A stretch of DNA of 63,988 nt, the filler included, from Rhizaria sp. SCN 62-66 (Eukaryota), in the NCBI GenBank assembly GCA_001724265.1. It is 3 parts of 3 records of this genome, joined end to end, with 100 filler letters (N's around TTAATTAATTAA, not from the genome) between each part and the next. Parts side by side here need not be neighbours in the genome. Positions count along the whole stretch, not along the records: positions 26,403 to 52,590 come from MEDY01000411.1; 2 more parts are not named here. The stretch is one strand, 5' to 3'. Of the stretch, positions 26,303 to 37,129 are shown piece by piece (the stretch's first letter is position 1; every line of letters begins with the position of its first letter). The notes under the pieces were generated by a model. It worked only from the letters and a program-made list of their open reading frames with translations, was not told the origin of the DNA and did not search any database. Made by a program: the position numbers and the translations under genes.

Positions 26303-26402
26303 NNNNNNNNNNNNNNNNNNNNNNNNNNNNNNNNNNNNNNNNNNNNTTAATTAATTAANNNNNNNNNNNNNNNNNNNNNNNNNNNNNNNNNNNNNNNNNN
26401 NN
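26303..26402. other. Artificial contig spacer
   Basis: 100-nt block of Ns containing TTAATTAATTAA (26347-26358), which gives stops in all six frames. Confidence 0.98.
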
Positions 26403-26556
26403 CACCCCCGTCTCCTCCAAGCGCGTCGAGCTCCAGAAGAAGGTTGATGCCGCCCTCATGCCCGCCGTCACCAAGGCTGGCAAGGAGTTCGTCTCCTACC
26501 TCGGCGCCCACTTCCGTCTCTCCAAGGCTCAGTTCCCCCACGCCATGAAGTTCTAA
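26403..26556 (+). CDS. RPL6: 60S ribosomal protein L6 (eL6), C-terminal fragment
   Basis: TPVSSKRVELQKKVDAALMPAVTKAGKEFVSYLGAHFRLSKAQFPHAMKF* matches the eL6 C-terminal pattern (QK.VD...YL...F.L....PH..KF). Confidence 0.9.
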
Positions 26557-27010
26557 GTGTGCTTAGGACTGCGAAGCGCTAACCATACAAAGTCAATTTC
26601 CCTTCCACAAACTATACATCTGCACTCGCTCCTCTCCACGATATTTTCTTCTTGACCCTATTCTGCAACGTCTCTCTGCTCTAAACCGCTCTCTTCGTTC
26701 TTTTCCTGTCATTGGTCCTGTCATTGGTGTTCGCCCGCTCTCGCTCGTCCAGTACGTCGGTCCGGGGGCAATCGGAGTGAGAAACGAACAGCTTCTAAAA
26801 GTCGTATGATCTTTCTCCATAGTCCGTTGTTCGGGATATATGTTGAGTTTTCTGAATAAATGGTTCGTGGTTTTTCGATTGTCTTTGCCACATCTCTCCA
26901 ATATGCTCACAACCTCCTATACTCGTCTCATTCGAAGGCGTATCGCCCCAAGCTGAGCCACCACACCGCTCGCGCCTCTCTGAACTTCGACAACACTGCT
27001 GCTTGCGCAT

Positions 27011-30000
27011 ATGTCGAGCCACGGCCCGCCCGCGCCACCCGGCGCGCACTCCGCACCTGGCCGGGCCTCTGGCCCCCAACAGCCTCCACAGCAGTATTTG
27101 CATCAACAGCAGATGTATCAGCAGCACACCGACTCCGCCGCCTCCGCGGCCGAAGGCACAGCGCGCTTCCGCGAGCTCAACCAGCTGCGCGCGCAGCTTA
27201 AGGACTCTGAGGCGCGCCGCGAAGCCGCCGATTCGCGGCTGGCGCGCGCGCTGGGCCGCGCCGAGGCCGCCGAGGCCGAGCTGCAGCGCGCGCAGGCCTC
27301 TGACGCCGCGCCCGCCGCCGGCGCCGGGGACACCGCCGCCTCGCAGGACCTCGGTGGCGGTCTGACCTACCCGGGCGCCAACGGCGGCGCCGAGCAGACG
27401 GGGCTGCTCTTCCCCGCGACGGGCCTCCCCGCCGCAGCCGCGACCGCTGCGCTGACCTCGAGCAGTCTCTCCGCCAACGCCAACGGCGCCGGCGCCGGCG
27501 CTGGCGCGAACGCGCGTCTGTTAGACCCCGAGCTGTTTGTGTTGCAGCAACAGAACCACTCCCTGCGCGACCGCGTGCTGTCCCTCTCGGCGGCGCTCTC
27601 TGCGGCCGAGGCGGACCGCGCGGCCCTCGAAGCGCGCGCCGAGGGCGACAGTGAAGAGCTTGCCCTCACGCGCAAGCAAGTCCACGCGCTGTCGGTCCAG
27701 GTCGAGCGGCTGCGCGTGCTCTCCGCGCAGCACAGCGCCGCGCACGCGGGCGTTGAGGCCGAGGCCGCGCGGTGGCAGCGCGAGGCCGCGGCGGCGCGCG
27801 AGGAAGCCCTGGTGCACAAAACGCAGGCCGCGCGCGCGCAGCAGGACGCCGCCGCGTGGGCCGGACTTAAGGCCGCTAACGCCGACGCGCAGGGCGCCGT
27901 CGCGGCGCTGCGCGCGCAGCTGCTGGCGGCGACGGACGAAGCGACGGCGCGACAGCACGCGCTGCAAGGCCAGCTGCAGCAGTCGCGACAGTTCCTCGCA
28001 GAGCTACGGCTCGAGCACCAACGCGCCGCAGAGCAGGCCGCGGCCGAGACCGCCGCCGCGCGGGCCGCGCGCGCCGCCGGGGAAGCGGCGCTGCGGCAGG
28101 AGCTGGAGCTTTCGCGCGCTCGCAGCGAGGCCGAGGTGGCCGCGCTGCAGGAGGAGCACACCGAGACGGTCCAGGCGTTCCGCGCTCAGTTCCGGCAGTA
28201 CCGTGAGGCTGTCGAAGCCGTGTTCGCGGCCGAGGCGCGCGGGTTTGAGCAGCGTTTCAAGGGTCAGGCCAAGGCGCACGAGGCTGAGATCGCGCACCTC
28301 GTTCGCGCCAAGGACCACAGCTTCAACCTCATGGCTGCCGCCAAAGACGCCAAGGTGGTTTCGCTGCTGGACGGGACCAACTTCCAGCGCGTGGTGCTGA
28401 GCCATCAGGTTGAGCTCGAGGCGGCGCGGCAGGCGCACGAGCAGCAGCTCGCGCTGCTGCGCTCGCAGCTACAGTCTGAGCACAAGCAGGCCGTGTACGG
28501 GCTCAAGAAGCACGTCTCCGCGCTCAACCTGGACCTGGACCAGGCCAAGTCGGAGCTGGCCGTTGCGGCGCAGCAGACGGAGGCGGCACACGCGGCGCTG
28601 CGGCGCGCGCGGCGTGCGCAGGCGGCGCAGCAGCAGCAGCTGCGCGACTCCGTGCGCGAACTCACTGCCGAGCTCGCCGCCAACGAGGCGCTGCGCGCGG
28701 CGGCCGGCGAGGAGCGCGAGGCGCTGCGGCACAAGCTGCTGCGCGCGCGGCTGCTGGCCGAGGGCCGCGGCGACGGCAGCGCGGACGTCTCGGTTGCCAT
28801 CGCCCAGCTGCAGCGCCGCGCCGCCCAGCTGCAGGAGGAAACGGCCACGCAGGCGACCGCCGTCGCGGCACTGGTTGCGGACAAGGCGGCGGCGGAGAAG
28901 CGGCTCGAGCGCACCGAGGCCGCGCGCGCCGCCGCCGAGGCCGCTGTTGCGCGGCTGACGCAGGACCACACCGCGCTGCTGCGCGCGCTTGAGAGCGTGC
29001 TCGCGGCGCGGCTCGCGGGCGGCCTCGCCGCTGCACAGAAAGCCGGGCTCGGGAAGGGCGACGCGCTCGCGGACACGCTGCCCGCCAAGAACAACAACGC
29101 CGACACTACCGCAGCAGCTGCGGCGGCTGTGGCTGCGATGAACGGTAACGGCGCGGGTGACGCTGCCGGCGGCGACTTCTCTGAGTTGTTGTCGATTGTC
29201 CGGCAGGCGATGCGCGGGCTCAGCGCCGCCGGCCGTTTGGGCGGTATCATGCCGTCGGTTGCAGGCTCGGGCGCTAGAGGCGCTGGCGACCGCGACGACG
29301 AGGACGGCGATGAACAGGGACATGAGGAGGAGGAAGGCGGAGAGAGCGAGCTGGCTCAAACCAAGCGCTCTCCTGCTGTCGCGGCCTTTGTTCCTGTTGC
29401 TGTTGCTGTTGGCGGTGGCAGCGCTGCTGCTTCTAGAGCGGCGAACACGAACAAGTCTTCTTCTGCTGCCACTGTTGCTGCTGCCGCGCGTGGCCGTGAC
29501 CGTGACAGTCAAACCGCGGCGAACAACAAGCGCGTGGCGGCGCTGGCCGGCGGCGCACATGGACTGGCCCCCGTCATCATCGCAGCGGAAGCCAGCGGCT
29601 TCACCGTCACAAGCAACAACTCCACTGCGAACGCCAACGCCAATGCCAGCGCGAATACGCGAAATGCGAGCAGCGGCTCGATCAGCGACTCTGCGGCCTC
29701 GCTCGCGCTGAACGCTGACCTGGCGGCCGGATTCAAGCAGCTGGCCGCCTTCAAGGCCGGATCACGCGAGCTGCTCCGCAGTCTGCGCCTGGACCAGTTC
29801 TCGCCCAACACTGTCACGCTGCCATCCGACGGCCGCAACGGCGGCGCGGGCGCCAGTGCCGATCTCGCCGCGGGTGGCGGCTCTGCCGCTGCGGGGGGCT
29901 CTGTGGGCGGGAGGTCTGCCGCGGCTGCGGAGGCCGAGGCGGAGGCGCTGGTGCGGAAGACGCTGCGGCAGTTCGGCGTCGGCGTTGCGAAGGGCGAAAT

Positions 30001-30976
30001 CCGCCATGGCAATCCCCTGCCTGTCGCTAAAGTCAGCAGCAGCGCGGGCACGCGCACGAGCAGCCGCGTTGGCACAGCCGCCGCCGCCGCCGCCGCAGGG
30101 GACGTTGACGCTGACGCTGACGGCAACGAGGCCGATAGCGGCGACGCTCTGAGCTTTGTGATGAGTGGCGTGACCGTGCGCGACCACACTGATGGCTCGC
30201 TGCCGCCGGAGACTGCTGACGGCCGCGATGACGGCACTCAGTCGCTGTCGCGGCCGGGTACTCAGTCGCAATCGGAGTCACGCTCGCAGGCTCAGACTAA
30301 GAAGGCAGAACCTGCTTCTGGCAGCATCAGCGGCCGCGTCCGTCTTAACAACAGTAACAGCAACGCCAACTTGAGCGCAAACGCTTCGAACGCTCTTGCA
30401 CCTTCCTCGTCTTCGTCATCTCTGCTCTCTGGCCTCAGCCTCACTCTCACTGGCCAGTCCGGTGCACAGCAGCAGCAGCAGCAGCGCGGCGTTATGGGCC
30501 CGCCCGCGTCTGCCGCGCCCGCGCCCGTGCCGGGTCACGGAACCGCAATGCGGGGCGGGAAGCTGCGGCTGCCCGTGCCGCCGGCCGCCGGCGCCGCTGC
30601 CGGCTCGGCGGGCGCGCGTGCCGGCGCTGGCGCGGCGAGCATGGCGCCGTCGCCGCTGAAGCTAAGCCGCCAGCATGTGGCAGTGAACAAACATGCCACG
30701 GCTCAAAGCCAGAGTCAGAGCAGCGCGCAGAGTCAGCAGCAGGCCGGTGGCGCGAGCCCGAGCGCGCACACAGGCTACTTGTCGGTTTTCGACGCTGATG
30801 ACGGCGCGCTCAACAGTGTCAGCAACAACAGCAACGGCAACACTGTTGGCACTGGGCTGCCTGTGGCTACGGTCGATGACGACGCTGCTGACAGCGACAA
30901 CGACGATAAAGGCAATAGCACCGGGCTTGTTCCAGGTGGAGAGGCGACCTGGCTTGACGAGGCTGGGGACTTGTAA
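27011..30976 (+). CDS. 1321-aa long coiled-coil protein with a disordered C-terminal half
   Basis: Uninterrupted ORF with heptad-rich E/Q/A/R/L helices over about aa 170-670. TAA stop. Confidence 0.8.
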   Translation: MSSHGPPAPPGAHSAPGRASGPQQPPQQYLHQQQMYQQHTDSAASAAEGTARFRELNQLRAQLKDSEARREAADSRLARALGRAEAAEAELQRAQASDAAPAAGAGDTAASQDLGGGLTYPGANGGAEQTGLLFPATGLPAAAATAALTSSSLSANANGAGAGAGANARLLDPELFVLQQQNHSLRDRVLSLSAALSAAEADRAALEARAEGDSEELALTRKQVHALSVQVERLRVLSAQHSAAHAGVEAEAARWQREAAAAREEALVHKTQAARAQQDAAAWAGLKAANADAQGAVAALRAQLLAATDEATARQHALQGQLQQSRQFLAELRLEHQRAAEQAAAETAAARAARAAGEAALRQELELSRARSEAEVAALQEEHTETVQAFRAQFRQYREAVEAVFAAEARGFEQRFKGQAKAHEAEIAHLVRAKDHSFNLMAAAKDAKVVSLLDGTNFQRVVLSHQVELEAARQAHEQQLALLRSQLQSEHKQAVYGLKKHVSALNLDLDQAKSELAVAAQQTEAAHAALRRARRAQAAQQQQLRDSVRELTAELAANEALRAAAGEEREALRHKLLRARLLAEGRGDGSADVSVAIAQLQRRAAQLQEETATQATAVAALVADKAAAEKRLERTEAARAAAEAAVARLTQDHTALLRALESVLAARLAGGLAAAQKAGLGKGDALADTLPAKNNNADTTAAAAAAVAAMNGNGAGDAAGGDFSELLSIVRQAMRGLSAAGRLGGIMPSVAGSGARGAGDRDDEDGDEQGHEEEEGGESELAQTKRSPAVAAFVPVAVAVGGGSAAASRAANTNKSSSAATVAAAARGRDRDSQTAANNKRVAALAGGAHGLAPVIIAAEASGFTVTSNNSTANANANASANTRNASSGSISDSAASLALNADLAAGFKQLAAFKAGSRELLRSLRLDQFSPNTVTLPSDGRNGGAGASADLAAGGGSAAAGGSVGGRSAAAAEAEAEALVRKTLRQFGVGVAKGEIRHGNPLPVAKVSSSAGTRTSSRVGTAAAAAAAGDVDADADGNEADSGDALSFVMSGVTVRDHTDGSLPPETADGRDDGTQSLSRPGTQSQSESRSQAQTKKAEPASGSISGRVRLNNSNSNANLSANASNALAPSSSSSSLLSGLSLTLTGQSGAQQQQQQRGVMGPPASAAPAPVPGHGTAMRGGKLRLPVPPAAGAAAGSAGARAGAGAASMAPSPLKLSRQHVAVNKHATAQSQSQSSAQSQQQAGGASPSAHTGYLSVFDADDGALNSVSNNSNGNTVGTGLPVATVDDDAADSDNDDKGNSTGLVPGGEATWLDEAGDL

Positions 30977-31431
30977 GTGAAAGAACTCTTAACGGCGAAG
31001 TAACACCTTCTCGACTAAAGCGATAATGATACCTAGATAATAATGAATACCAAAGGCAATAAAGAATATTAAATTAGAACAGTAGATACGTATGTCATAC
31101 GTATATTTTGCATTGTGGTTACTTTATTTTGCTTAGAATCGCCATTCCGGGTCACTCACTTACAGAGTCGAAGGCTGTGACGGTGAAAAGCCCCAACGAG
31201 CAAAATAGCAATGCAAACCATCTTTTTTCGAAATAAAATTCAAACTACGTGTTAATTTCGCTTTTTGATTTTTGATTTTTGCATTTTTACGCAATATATT
31301 GTTTTTCATACTTTGATTCTGCTTTTCTTCTTAAAAAATATGACGCGCTCAAACATCTGTCTCCTTCTTCACAAGAAGCTCACACCATGAGAAATCACAC
31401 TCTGACCGTCAACAACAAGCGAGCCTGTACT

Positions 31432-32484
31432 TTACTGCTTGCCCTGAGCGGAGGAGCGGCGCGCGCGGTTTGTGGCAATGCCCTCGCCCTCCCGCGCGTC
31501 GCCCTCGTTGCAGTGCTCGCCGGCGGTGGCGTCGCCAGTGCACTCTTTCTTGCTGCCGCTGCTCTTGTTCGTGTTGGTCGTGTTGGTGCAGGCCTTCTTG
31601 CTGCCGCTCTTGGTGTTGCCGCCGTCGGCATTGGCGCAGACCGCGGGCGCCTCGTTCTCAGCACTGTCGTTGGACATCTCGGCAGCGCCGCGCTTGTGCT
31701 GAGTCGCGGTCTTGCCGCCGCTGCTCTTGTTGCCACTGCTCTTATTGCCCCCGCTGCCGTGGAGGATTTTCTCGTCGCCCGCATGCTCGCCCTCCTTGCT
31801 GTGCTGCTGGTGAGTGGTGGTGGCGGTCGACTCCTCCTCGTTGGTGTTCTGCGACAGCGCGCTGTTGATGGCATCCTTGATGCTCTCCACGGGCGCGCTG
31901 TGTGCGATCGCGCTCGCCGCGTTGGACGCCGCAGTCGAAATCGACTCGGCGGCCTGGCTCAGCGCCGCGCCCGCCGCCGACGCCATGTTGGACGCCGTCT
32001 CCGCGATGCCGTGGGCTGTCTCGGCCAGCTTCTCGCTGACGGACTCGCCCTCGGCGTGCGCGGCCTGCGCTAGGGACTGCGTCTGGCTGTGGGTGGCCTG
32101 ATGCCCGTGGGTTTGCTGACTGTGGGCAGTCGCCGTCGCGTTGATGTTGTGATGCGCCGCGGTGGTGTGCTTCGACTCGGACGGATTCTTGATCACACCG
32201 GTCTCGCCCGCCGTGTCGAGGCCCTTAGCGGCGTCGGCGGCGTCGTGCATCGCCTCCTTGAGCTTTGCCGCGGGCGTGTCGGACGGCGTCTTGATCGCGT
32301 CCGAGTGCACGTTTACCGTCTCCGTGATTTCGTCCTTGTTGACGTGAGTAGCCGTGTGGTGGGCCTCGTCCTTGGCATCCTCCATCGAGCGCGAGATCGG
32401 CGCCTTAGCGGTGTGGGTCGCGGACTGCGCGGTGTGGGGCGCCGCGGTATCAGTCTTGGGGGTCTTGTGGATTGCGTCACTCAT
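31432..32484 (-). CDS. 350-aa hydrophilic disordered protein (LEA/hydrophilin-like composition)
   Basis: ATG-initiated ORF flanked by AT-richer DNA. Rich in A/S/T/H/E/K, no aromatic residues, GNKSSG repeats. TAA stop. Confidence 0.7.
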   Translation of the reverse strand: MSDAIHKTPKTDTAAPHTAQSATHTAKAPISRSMEDAKDEAHHTATHVNKDEITETVNVHSDAIKTPSDTPAAKLKEAMHDAADAAKGLDTAGETGVIKNPSESKHTTAAHHNINATATAHSQQTHGHQATHSQTQSLAQAAHAEGESVSEKLAETAHGIAETASNMASAAGAALSQAAESISTAASNAASAIAHSAPVESIKDAINSALSQNTNEEESTATTTHQQHSKEGEHAGDEKILHGSGGNKSSGNKSSGGKTATQHKRGAAEMSNDSAENEAPAVCANADGGNTKSGSKKACTNTTNTNKSSGSKKECTGDATAGEHCNEGDAREGEGIATNRARRSSAQGKQ

Positions 32485-33244
32485 TGGAGAGTTGAGCTGA
32501 GACGATTATGTGGGGCGCAGGAAAGCGAAAGAGCGGCATGAACACGAAAAGGGAAGAGTGGGAGCAAGTGAGTCAAGGTCAGATTACGCAAGCAAAGCGT
32601 GGCTTACAAGTAAAAGACGCCCACTTCCAGTTATTGCAACACATGAAATACTTGAAGTTGCAGATCTATTTTCAACAGCGAGCTAATAGAGTGTCAGGTC
32701 GAGAGAGGGATTGAAGTTTGACATGCTGAGCTGGAAGCTGGGCAGTTCAGCAGCCCGATCAAAGCGCAGCATAGAGCCATTGTTCAAGTGAAATCAAATT
32801 AAAATCAATTCAAATACAGCACTAAATAGTTTAAACATGCAATTATATCCAAAAAGAATCCGGATATGGCGCAGGGTCGCGTTTGCAGAGTTGGAATCAA
32901 GAGCGGGAAGCACCCAGCCGCCTCAAAACTCGTTTGTGGTTGGGCAATTAGTTAGGTCGCCAGTGGGGCGATCTGTCTGGAGAGCGAACGGCTGGCAGTC
33001 GGTCGGCCGCACAAACGCCCAGAACGGCTCCGCGCCGGGGGTCGGGAGTCAGAGACTACAATGTCCCGATGCGACCACTGAATAGCGTTAAAAACTTGGT
33101 ATTAAGGCCGATCCGCTTGTGATTTGTATTTTATTTTTCTAGCTTTGTTCTCGCCGCTCACTTGATTCCTGTGTACTCTTCCCCCCGTGCTTGTCTGATA
33201 CCCGCCGCCCGCGCCGCTCGTCCCGCGCGCCTCAGCACCGAGTT

Positions 33245-34100
33245 ATGTCTAGCGAGGCTCCCGTTAACAACGCCCAGGCCGCTGCTGCCGCCGCCGCCGA
33301 GGAGACGTGCACCGCCGAGTTTGCCACCAAGGTGAACCTCTCCCTCGTCGAGGTCGACGACGGCGAGAAGGATGAGGAGGTCATCCACGCCGACCGCTGC
33401 GCGCTCTACCGCTTCGACGACGAGAGCAAGGAGTGGAAGGAGCGCGCCAAGGGCGATGTTCAGCTCATGAAGCACAAGACCACCGGCAAGTGCCGTGTCG
33501 TTATGCGCCAGGAGAAGACCTTCAAGCTCCGCCTCAACCACTTCGTCCCCGATGAGGCTCTCAAGCCCAACCCCGGCTCCGACAAGGCCTGGTACGTCTC
33601 CCCTCTATTCGATCAACAAGATATCTCAATTAATTATCGTCAAGACACCTTCTAATTCACACATCACTTCATTTTTATCGCAATGCACTCACATCTTCTA
33701 CTTTATTCTTCTCTTTTCCCGCTCACCTATGACCCCTTCTCGTGTTGTTGCTGCTTTGCTCCGCTCTGATCGCACACACACACATAGGACCTGGCGCTGC
33801 TCCGACTCCGTGACGGACTCCGGCGAGCCTGAGGTGTACTCGTTCGCGGTCCGCTTCCGCACCCCCGGCGACGCGCATAACTTCAAGACCAAGTGGGACG
33901 AGGCCCGCCAGCGCAACGTGTGCATCCACAACGATACCAAGTTCGACGAGAGCACCGTCGTCGTCATCGCCAAGAAGGAGGAGGCCGCCAAGCCCACCGA
34001 GGCTGCCAAGCCCGCCGAGGCCGCCGCTGACGCCAAGAAGGAGGAGCCTAAGAAGGAGGAGGAGCCTAAGAAGGAGGAGGCCGCCGCTAAGGCCGAGTAA
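33245..34100 (+). CDS. RANBP1: Ran-binding protein 1 (RanBD), ~219 aa; exons 33245-33591, 33788-34100
   Basis: GEKDEEV...LYRFD...EWKERAKGDV...RVVMRQEKTFKLRLNH...GSDKAW|TW...FAVRF. The GTACGT...TAG intron splits the Trp codon. Confidence 0.93.
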
Positions 34101-34618
34101 GCGCGCTTACCAATGCACTCTCTTTCTCTCTCACTCGATTCTCTCTATCTCTCAATCGCCCTGTTGCCCCACTGTCGCCTATCGCTGCGCCAGTCGTGGG
34201 CGCCACCTGCGGGGGCTGAGACGGGTTGACCGGTAGCGGCCACTGTTGTTTCTCTGTTGATCACTGTATTTGCTATGCCGTACCTGTTGACAGCACCCAC
34301 AAAATCTTACATACTACACTTCTAGGACAAACAAAACGTCGCTTTTTTGTATGCTTCGTGAAATGTCACACTACATAATACAGTCTTGTTTCTATATCAC
34401 ACAATCCTTCATCCCTTATATATCTGAATAGTCTTGTCAACACGGTTGCTCTCTGTGTGTCAGTTCAGATCCAAGTTCCCGCGCATTTGCGCTCACCTTT
34501 AGCACAAGATTTTCCACATGTAGAGTCCGTTGTTCGAAATGCCACTCTGCGCTACGAATTGAAGAGTTAGGTGTCTGATACCTTTTCAAATTATATTTTC
34601 CTCTCATTGCATGTAGAC

Positions 34619-36797
34619 ATGTCGGAAAACCTCGAAAGTGTTCTGCTGGCCAAGGTCCAGAACGGCCGCCAAGCCGTCACCTCCAAATGGCTCTCAGACA
34701 CACAGAAGGTCACCGCCGACGCTGCCAAGCAGGCCATGGATGACGTTTACGCCAAGCACACCTCCACGATGAATGCCGTGTTCCTGGTCACCGGCGTCGC
34801 GTCGGACCTCTCCCTCCGCATCCAGCTCGTCTCGGCGTCCAACCTCGACGCTTACTGTGCCTCGCTCGACCGCGTCGTCTCCAAGCATGTCTACGCCCTC
34901 AGCCCCAAGCCCGCCGCCCCCGCAGCCGCCCCCGTGCCCGCGTCCCCTGTTGCGACGGCGGCCTTGTCGCTCGGCGTGGCGACCGCGGACCAGCCCTCTC
35001 TGCTGAGCGCATGGTCCCTCTCCGTCGTTGAGCAGCGCGCGCAGCACCGCGGCGCCCCCGGCAGCGACATTCTCGCCCCCAACGCGCTCCGCACCAACGC
35101 ACACTCGCGCATCACCAACACCACTGTCACCCGCGCGCGCGGCGCCTTCGCTCTCCCCGTCGTCACTGCCCCGCCGATGAACATCGTGTCCAACGCCTTC
35201 GATGCAGTCGCGGGCTCCGCGCTTGGCGGACGCTCTCAGTCCTCCATCACGGCCGCGTTCGCCAAGAGCACTGCCGCCACTACGGCGGGCGGCAGTCCCG
35301 GCGGCGCGGCCTTGGTTGCTGCCGCTCCCGCCCGCGCATCCTCGGCCTCCGCCGGCGGCCTCAAGGGTATGTTCGCGCTCGCTAGCTCTAGCTCTAGCTC
35401 GACTGCAAGTCCCGCAGCTGTCAAGGCCGACCCGTTCGCGCCATCCAAGGATCCTTTTGCGACTCCCAGCGCCAGCTCTAGCAAGCCATCGAACGCGTTC
35501 ACTCCCATCCCCAAGTCCACCGGCGCGGCGACCTCAGGCGCTCCCGATAGCGGCTTCGGCTTCAAGCTGGGCGACGACCCCTTTGCCAACGATGCGCCGC
35601 TCAACGCGGCCAAGGGCGGCAAGCGCGGCCCCGCGGCGGCAGGCAGCGGCAGCAGCGGCAAGGCGGCGGCCGCGGCCAAGCCCGCCGCGGGCAAGGGCAA
35701 GGGCAAGGGCGGCAAGGACGACATGGGCGACTTCATTGCCCGCGACAGTGACAGCGAGAGCGACAGCGACAGCGACAACAGCAGCAGCAGCAGCGAGGAT
35801 GAGGGCGCGTTCGTGCGCCGCGCGCCCACGACTGCGGACGAGGAGGACGAACACGCCTCCGCGGCGGCCGCGGGCCTCTCCCGTCGCACCGCGGCGGCGA
35901 CGACCGTGGACGACGACGACGCCAACGACTACGATGACCGGCGCGACCGCGCGCGGCTGCAGGAGGAGCAGCGACACAAGGCGGCTGCGCTCGCTGCGGG
36001 CCGGGGCGACAACGACGACGATGATGACATCGGCCGCAAGGGCAAGAACAGCGCGCGCAGCCGCGTCATCTGCGACGATGACGACGATGACGACACGGGC
36101 AGCGGCAAGTCCAAGAAGAAGGTTTCGGTACGTCACAGAACGAGACATTTACGCGGTATAATCACTTTCGAGTTCATGTTACTTTTGATGTTAAATTCTC
36201 TTTGTTTTATATGCTGCATATCCTTTGTGTTGCACATATCCTCATGCTCACGCTTCAATATTTTCTCGGTCTTGTTCTTAGCGCGTGATCATGTCGGACG
36301 AGGCTGAGGAGACCGTGGAGCAGCAGTGGGAGCGCGAGCAGGCGCTAGCGCGCGCAGAGGACGCCGCCGCCGCCGCTGAGGCGCGCGCGCAGTCCACTCT
36401 GGGCCGATTCATCCTCGGTACCGACGGCGCGGCCGGCGGCGGCAGTGACAGCGTGGCGCCCAAGCGCAAGCGCACTGTGGAGCGCGAGGTGACCGTGGTC
36501 AACGAGCGCGGATACCTGGTCACCAAGCTCGAGCGTGTCGAGGTCTCCGACGACGAGGATGACAGCGACAACAGCAAGAGTGCGGCTGCGGCGGTTGAGG
36601 CCAAGAGCGCGGCCGACGCGAGCGCCGGGGCGCGTGCAACTTCGAGATCGACCCCAGCGGCCCCCGCGGCGGCGCCGGCGTCTGCGGCCAAGAAGCCTGC
36701 GCTGCCGGTGCCCGCGGCGGAGGAGAAGAAGGAGCGCAAGACCAAGGAGAAGGTCGTCTCCAAGTCCATCTTCAGCTTCATGACCAAGAAGGAGTGA
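34619..36797 (+). CDS. POLD3: DNA polymerase delta subunit 3 (POLD3/Cdc27/Pol32-like), ~674 aa; exons 34619-36127, 36282-36797
   Basis: N-terminal VTSKWLS...AKQAM...VFLVTG winged-helix-like domain, long disordered linker, VNERGYLVTK (like DEEGYLVT), C-terminal PIP-like KSIFSFMTKKE. Phase-0 GTACGT intron. TGA stop. Confidence 0.82.
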
Positions 36798-37129
36798 GTC
36801 AACTGACTCAATTGTACGAGGTAAATTGGTGCCATCGGAGTTGTTCTATTATCCGTCGGAATTGTTTTGTCAGATTGTTTGTTTTTGATACGGTTAAATA
36901 CATGTTTTATATATTTTTTGTTCTCTTACTCTTCATTCCGTAAAATCAGCGTTGTAAAAGCGTTCGGGATGCCCATAATTCAGAGTGAGAAAATGTTTGT
37001 ATTTGCGAGATACGAATTTGTGGATATTTAATCAGTTGCTATATAACTGCGCATGTACCGAAGCATGCAGACCACATGTAGATTGAACACACGCGGTACT
37101 CTCGGAAGTGACATTTACAATAGCGCGGC

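Noticed and set aside
26303-26402. TTAATTAATTAA palindrome within Ns as a biological element, and apparent RPS6-RPL6 head-to-head clustering
   Set aside because: An identical spacer recurs at 52591-52690, so it is an artificial joiner and adjacency across it is meaningless.
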